Below are positions 57,401 through 64,000 of a DNA stretch of 64,000 bases, piece after piece (the first letter of the stretch is position 1; every line of letters begins with the position of its first letter). Under the pieces are notes generated by a model. That model made no database searches, was not told the DNA's origin, and saw only the letters and a list, made by a program, of their open reading frames with translations. The DNA comes from Tubiluchus corallicola (taxonomy: Eukaryota; Animalia; Priapulida). The stretch lies in contig JAQGDQ010000020.1 of assembly GCA_030141605.1 (NCBI GenBank), forward strand, positions 930,001 through 994,000, in the 5' to 3' direction. The position numbers and the translations under genes are program-made.

Positions 57401-60400
57401 CTTAAATTTATGACAAGAATTGATAGTGCCCTGCTTGTCTTCAGTTCATGAATAACGTCATTGGTCAGTTCATGAATGATGTCATTGGTGGAAGATTCGA
57501 CAGTCAAAATGGGAGCCCCCAAGTATGAAATGAACGTGACTTTAAACATGGCTATTGGGTATTAAATATGGACTTTAAAGACCAATTACGCGAGGCACTT
57601 ATCACACTTTTATTACTAAATCCTTCTAACATTTATTGCAAACATTAAAGTTAGCTTAACTGCCCAGACTACTTGGCCTTTGTTTTAATTAAAAAGATTT
57701 GCTTTTTTGCATGACACTTCAAAATGATGTTACAAGTAACATATTACCAATAACCATCTTTACTAATTTACATCTACTGGGAAAGTAATGGAAATTTTGT
57801 GCAAGTTAATTACAAAATTACTCTATTATTGTTGCAGCAAATGGTGTGTGGATTTGACTTGCTTAGAGCTAACGGCAAGTCGTACGTCTGTGATGTAAAC
57901 GGTTTCAGTTTCGTGAAGAATTCGCGGAAATATTACGACGATTGTGCTCACTTGTTAGGGTAAATCTATTTTTCATGTTGTTTCAATTTAATTTTATTTC
58001 TTTACTTAATTGGCCTACAAAAAACACTTTTGTGTCATTGTAGTTTTCGTAATTGAATTTGACATTTGTCATGCTTTTGTGTTGTTTCTAAATATTGTAT
58101 ATCATGATTATACTGTGTACGTAATTAACATAATTTATTTTCAGCAACTATATTTTGAGAAAGCTAGCTCCACAGTTGGACATTCCGTGGCAAATTCCGC
58201 CGCAGCTCGAAGATCCGCCTTTTGTACCGACCACATTTGGTCGCATGTAAGTCTTTATGTAATTGTTTAAGTGATGTTTGATTCGATTGCACTTTATTTG
58301 AGCAGCCAATGTAAAAATCTTTCATTGCATAATTTTTTTGCTTTGATCATGATTGTGTAGCATTATGCAAAAGTACCTAATTCAGAGCGTGTAATGCGTT
58401 TTAAAATCATGTTTGCATATGGAACATGTTCTTAATAAATAATCATAATTTTCATCGCGTAATAATGATATTTTTATCATTTGCCTAGGAAGCGTGTACA
58501 ATATAATTTATATGAATGGCTTCATAACAGCTAAAACGTCATTGGCAAATTCACTGATCTTAACTGGTACATTACATAATTTAATTGTTAGTAGATATTA
58601 TCAAATATTCTGACAGTTAAAGCAAAATTGGACCAATTGTTAAACTGTGGGTCAAAACAACTATTCTGTAATATATTTAAAGGAGATGTACTATTTTTTA
58701 AAGAATGCCTTGTGTGAAAGAATTATTACCGCACAAATGCAATTTTGCGTTCGTACCACTAGTTCTTTGCTGTTACATGCATTTCGCCATCCGCTAGTTA
58801 GACGGGCACTAGTGCCTGCATTTCAGAAAGTGTTGCACAAAAAACAGGTGCTGTACCTCTCAGTTTAGATTGTAGTTTGTTATTGCACACATTCGACAGC
58901 TCATGCGTACGCACAGTGTTAAATTTGAAATTTAAATCTTTGTCTTCAAACTTGCCGAGTTTTAGTACGACACCCCGAATCTCTTACATTAGTACTATAC
59001 TTCAATTTTCGCTTTTGCAAACACGGTCAAACACTTGCCTAGTTTTAGTGCAACACGCCGAATTTCTTACAGTAGTACTGTACTACAATTTTCGCTTTTG
59101 CAAACACAGTCAAACACTTGCCGAGTTTTTGTACAGCACACCAAATCTCTTACAGTGGTACTGTACTACAATTTTCGCTTTTGCAAATACACGCAACACG
59201 AAATGTTTTGAGATGTTGAAAATTATGTTTGTTTGTGATGTCATCAGTAGTTAGGCTCGCCCACCGTTAAGATTTTAACCTATTATTTAATCATTAGAAA
59301 CACGACTTGAAAATGGAGTAGTATATGAAAAATTAAGCCAAGGTTTCACAAAGTTGGGGCTCTTCTGCGACGACTGTAAATTTCCAAGTGCATTGTCATC
59401 AAAAGTTCACGCAACCTTTCACGTGAAGTTCTAAGTAATTTTCCACAAACTTCTCCATTTTTGACAAAAATTGCGTGAATTCAACACAAAGTTCATTTAC
59501 AGTGTATTTGGTGACCCCAGTAGAACTCATGGTTTAATATTATCTTTTCTTTGTCGTTAGTTGAAAGGTCTTGTGACATTTTTATACCATGTACTTGTGT
59601 GTAGTTATTATTATTCAAATATTCAAATAAACAAGCTACCGATTCTCTGCAGGATGGAACTGAGGTGTGTCATTGCCGTCATTCGTCATGGCGACCGAAC
59701 GCCAAAGCAGAAAATGAAAATGGAGGTGAAGCATCAGAAGTTTTTTGAGATTTTTGCGAAGTACGACGGCTACAAGACGGGGCAGCTAAAACTGAAAAAG
59801 CCAAAACAGCTTCAGGTGCGTTACACATGTTCATCGTTCACTTGTCCATTCAGAATAATAAAATGCAGAATAAAAGCTACTACTGCTGCTGTTACTACTA
59901 CTGCTACTACTGCTACTGCTACTACTGCTACTGCTACTACTACTACTACTACTACTACCACTGCTACTACTACTGTTACTACTACTACTGTTACTACTAC
60001 TACTGCTACTGCTACTGCTACTACTGCTACTGCTACTGCTACTACTGCTGCTGCTGCTACCACTGCTGCTGCTACTACCTTGCGAATAACTCCATAAAGT
60101 TGTTTGTTTTGCCCCGTCATTGTTCTTGCTTTGTACAAAGCTAATTTGCTTTTCTTTTACGTCTAAAACATCAGTAATTATAATCTGATACTTTTATTAT
60201 AATTAGTATAGTGATAAAATGCAATTTGAAATTTACATTTGTAAATATAAAAGCAACTGTGTAGAACCAATGGACCCAAATCTATGAAGTATAATATTAG
60301 TGGTTGTACGGAATACATGGAGTTGAATTGTTACTTCATCAGTGAATTAAATTTAATTAAAATGCCATAAAACAAATAAAATAATTTAGAAATTTTGTTG

Positions 60401-62797
60401 CTTTATGTAGAAAACCACATCCTACTACAGGTAGTTGTCGACTTATGGCCTATTCAGCATACGACTGTTCAACTTTTACTACCTGACCACAACTCAATTA
60501 GTTAATTATGCAAAAGTAATAATAACTCATATTTCACATATATCTTTTAAAGCAAAGCCGGACCCAATCTTAAACTGTAGCTCAACTCTTTAAAATAGTG
60601 AAAGAAATTTTTTCAAAAATGACTTACGTGAAAGAATTATTACCACACAAACATAATTTCACTACCACTAGTTTGTGTCACCAGTTCTTTGCTGTTACAT
60701 GCGTTTGGCCATTTGCTAGTTAGATAGACACTATCACATGCATTGCAGAAAAAACAGGTGCTGTGCCTCTCAGTTCAGATGTGTTAGTTTGTGACAAACT
60801 GCACACGTTCGACAGCTCATGCATGAGTACGGCGAGTAAATTTTGAATTTTTATCTTAAAACTTGCCGAATTTTAGTACAACACACTAACAATCTTACAG
60901 TAGCACTGTACTTCAATTTTTGCTTTCACAAACACGTGCAACACGCTCATGGAATATTTTTGCTGTTGAAAATTATCTTGCCTTTAATTAAGATTTTAAT
61001 CTATTACTTAATTATCAGAAACGCTTTTGCAGTATTAATTGTGTTAAAATGTATACTTTTTATCGGACTTGAGAATGGGGTAGCATAAGAAAAATCATCC
61101 TGTCTTATTTTAAATAAAACTTCAAATTCTTATCTGTTTTGATAAATTCGTCACAGGACTGCCATATTTAGTGTGTGTACGACTCAACGTCTTGCATGTA
61201 GTGGCTTACTACTTGAATATACAGGCCCGACTTGCATCCCATTCGTCTTACGACCAATCCCCCAAAACCAATTGTGGTCACAAGTCAACAACTACCTGTA
61301 TTTGAAGTAGCTTTTAACTGCATTCATCCTGAGTCAAACTGCATCTTCATGATGCAGCCATCAAGTGAAATGCTTCAAATTGAAGAATGCAGTTCTTTTT
61401 ATATTTTTGCTGATTTTTTGTCTATTGTAAAGTTTTTTTTTTACTAAATCTCTAGTACCGCATGTCCATCTTATGTGATGTTTTTTGTTTTGATTCTAGT
61501 TAATGTATTGATGAACTGACCAGTTGTTTTTATCATTCAGTGTATTGTCATTGTATTATTTACAGGAGATACTGGACGTAGCGAGGTTCCTTCTGGGAGA
61601 GATTATGCACAAGAGTGAACCAGACATTGAGGAGAAAAGATCTAACTTGGTGCAGCTGAAGACAGTTCTGGAAATGTATGTTTCTATGTACAGAACTTTA
61701 TCTTTATTATGTAACCTATCACTCCTAAATGCATGTCTTATTTATGTAATGTATCACTCCTAAATGCATGTCTCAATTTTGTATCATATCACTTCTAAAT
61801 GCATACCTTAATTATGTAACATATCACTTCTAAATGAATACCTTAATTATCTTACATATCACAACTTAAAACCTGTCTTAATTATATAACACGGCACTTC
61901 TTAATGCATGTCTTAGTTATGTAACTTATCACTTCTAATTGCATGTCCTAATTATATAACATGACTTCTAAAAGCATATGTTAATTATGTAACATATCAC
62001 TTCTAAATGCATATCTTAGTTATGTAACATATCACTTCTAAATTCATGTGCTCATGCATCCAAATAATACGCGCAGTTAATCTGGCTGGTCAGAAATATC
62101 AGAACAGTTTCACTATGCTAAGTAAAAATCAGTAAAAATGGTTCTTGCCACATGGAAGCACATCTTGGATTTGATGAATGCCGCACAGCAGCTAACACAT
62201 CATCTCACATTTTAAATGTACGTGCTTGTACCCGAAAACGAACCGTTAAATATTTGTATCAAAAATTTTGACAGTAGATAAACTAATGACATGAAGTGTA
62301 AAAATGTTGTTTCGGGGCCTACATAAGAGCCCCCGGTTCAGTTCCAGGTTTGCCTACAATTTTTTACGCATTAAATATTTCATCTTTAAATTCCACTTTG
62401 CATAAAATAATGGGTTTATGGCTTCAAATTTCCATTTGTTACAATCATAACAGATTAAAACAAGCTCTACCTGCCTTGAACATACTGTTGCAGTAAATAG
62501 TAATGATGAATCTTTCTATTAACAGTACAATCAATAATTATGATTTCACTATGGATTTCATTGCACATTTGCAAATCTATTAGTGTTATAGTTGATTTTG
62601 CCTTTTTTCAGGTATGGGCATTTCTCGGGTATCAATCGTAAAGTACAACTCAAGTACATGCCAACTGGAAAACCAAAGAAATCCAGTTCAGAGGATGATA
62701 TTTCCAGCGGACCTTCACTAATACTCATACTCAAATGGGGCGGCGAACTAACACCTGCAGGGCGGATCCAAGCCGAGGAACTGGGTAAAGCTTTCAG
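42469..62797 (+). CDS. PPIP5K: Inositol hexakisphosphate and diphosphoinositol-pentakisphosphate kinase (PPIP5K/VIP1): kinase domain and start of phosphatase domain; continues past window end
   Basis: Phase-consistent exons 42469-42609, 50154-50332, 51936-52021, 53092-53288, 55020-55121, 56624-56785, 57838-57959, 58145-58246, 59653-59815, 61566-61675, 62612-62797. Motifs: [64 protein letters not shown], histidine acid phosphatase [27 protein letters not shown]. Confidence 0.96.
42786..42980. mobile_element. Short MITE-like dispersed repeat; partial inverted copy near 47530-47625
   Basis: Imperfect termini (GACATTCAGA / TCTGAACATGCC). The internal CTCGCAAC...GAGTTT...TGCGAGTTTGC is mirrored in reverse orientation at ~47545-47625. 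Confidence 0.45.
44640..45000 (+). mobile_element. Dispersed repeat (TTCGAA-rich MITE-like), copy 2
   Basis: Collinear similarity to 19655-20030. Confidence 0.65.
50323..51475 (+). repeat. 33-bp minisatellite (~34 units), each unit containing CAG|GTAAG
   Basis: Unit GTAAGCAAAGCCATATGGTGCTGTCAGAAACAG. The array begins exactly at the PPIP5K donor at 50333 and decays toward 51475. Confidence 0.96.
58700..59330 (+). mobile_element. Internal fragment of the DNA element at 60428-61298 (no TIRs seen)
   Basis: Shared blocks GAAAGAATTATTACC, AGTTCTTTGCTGTTACATGC, AAAAAACAGGTGCTGT, TTCGACAGCTCATGC, TTAAGATTTTAA. Confidence 0.7.
59876..60078. repeat. (CTA/CTG)n trinucleotide repeat
   Basis: Directly visible; intronic. 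Confidence 0.95.
60428..61298. mobile_element. Tc1/mariner (Tigger-like) non-autonomous element
   Basis: TA|CAGGTAGTTGTCGACTTATGGCC ... GGTCACAAGTCAACAACTACCTG|TA, i.e. TIRs with TA duplication. Confidence 0.8.
61705..62048. repeat. ~35-bp minisatellite, ~9-10 copies
   Basis: Recurrent unit TTAATTATGTAACATATCACTTCTAAATGCATRTC. Confidence 0.9.
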
Positions 62798-62951
62798 GTA
62801 TCGTGTCCCTTGTTATATTGTTTAGTGATCAAAGACAGGATTAGATTGACTTACACCTTTTGACAAATCTTATTGCTAATAATAGTTTGAATCTGGTTTT
62901 AATTTTAATATTAGTAATTGTTTTTTTTTGCTTATTTACTTGGTCTTCTAG

Positions 62952-63455
62952 TGAAAATTTGTCTGCTTTTGATGAAGTAGAAGAATGAAAATTGTCTGAT
63001 TGGAATGAAGTAGAACAATGAAAATTTGTCTGATTTTGATGAAGTAGAACAATGAAAATTTGTCTGCTTAGAATGAAGTAGAAGAATGAAAATTTGTCTG
63101 CTTTTGATGAAGTAGAAGAATGAAAATTTGTCTGCTTTTGATGAAGTAGAACAATGAAAATTGTCTGCTTGGAATGAAGTAGAACAATGAAAATTTGTCT
63201 GCTTGAAATGAAGTAGAACAATGAAAATTTGTCTGCTTTTGATGAAGTAGAATAATGAAAATTTTCTGCTTGGAATGAAGTAGAACAATGAAAATTTGTC
63301 TGCTTTGAATGAAGTAGAACAATGAAAATTTGTCTGCTGGAAATGAAGTAGAAGAATGAAAAATTTTCTGCATGGAATGAAGTAAAACAATGAAAATTTG
63401 CCTGCTTGAAATGAAGCAGAATAATGAAAATTTTCTGCTTGGAATGAAGTAGAAG
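62952..63455. repeat. ~34-35-bp minisatellite, ~14 copies
   Basis: Recurrent unit TGAAAATTTGTCTGCTTTTGATGAAGTAGAACAA. It explains three overlapping spurious ORFs. Confidence 0.95.
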
Positions 63456-64000
63456 AGGGATAAGTGAAAGGCTTCTGCTAAAGTCTGGCATGGTATATTA
63501 TCAAACATTATATTTTTTCATATGTATAATCCTAGCTACTCAGTTCCTTACACCATTTACCATTTTGCCAAATTTGCCATCTTTACTACTGAAAGCCCAT
63601 TACTAAAAAGAAATATAAATTTAGCAGCGATTATTTGAATAAATTAGTTATAAACTAAATGCATGCCTTTTTATTAAATTTTGTGTAGACCGAACCATCA
63701 TGTACGCACTTCTATTCGCAGTTTAGTTTAAGTTTATTAATTTTTGTATAGCATAGCACCCATATAAATGTGTTTGAAGGCTGTGCAGAAAAAAATCAGA
63801 AAAAATATGTAATGCTAAACTAAAATGACGATTTAAAACAGCTAAGTAATACAAAATTTCTCAAGCAAAAATTTGGTAAAATTAAAATGAAAAATCGTAT
63901 TGTGTTATAAAATGTTAATCAAGCCATTAGAAGAAACAGTTCACTCTATATTAGACTGCATTATGAAATGTGAGAATCGAAGTAGAATGCTACATATTTC

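Noticed and set aside
59816-60144. Poly-Thr/Ala, poly-Val and Tyr/Cys ORFs
   Set aside because: Intronic trinucleotide repeat downstream of the 59815 donor.
62841-63508. Three overlapping minus-strand ORFs
   Set aside because: They are minisatellite translations with no domain signal.

Overview
AT-rich invertebrate animal genomic DNA with GT-AG spliceosomal introns, many micro/minisatellites, LINE remnants and MITEs. Minus strand, left to right: (1) the first four exons of an intron-containing, signal-peptide-bearing cyanophycinase-like (peptidase S51) gene that runs off the left end; (2) three tandem, intronless, secreted 'mini-fibulin' paralogs (cbEGF plus fibulin-type C-terminal domain); (3) a single-coding-exon TFIIIA (GTF3A) gene; (4) a 5-exon mitochondrial methionyl-tRNA formyltransferase (MTFMT) gene. 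Next come a decayed LINE and a better-preserved 5'-truncated CR1/L2-group LINE. A large plus-strand PPIP5K/VIP1 gene (14 coding exons inferred by manual splicing) fills the right half and runs off the right end. Most notable: the animal secreted cyanophycinase, the mini-fibulin cluster, a possible shared promoter/leader for MTFMT and TFIIIA, and a 33-bp minisatellite made of ~34 copies of a PPIP5K 5' splice site. All exon models were read by eye and no database searches were run.
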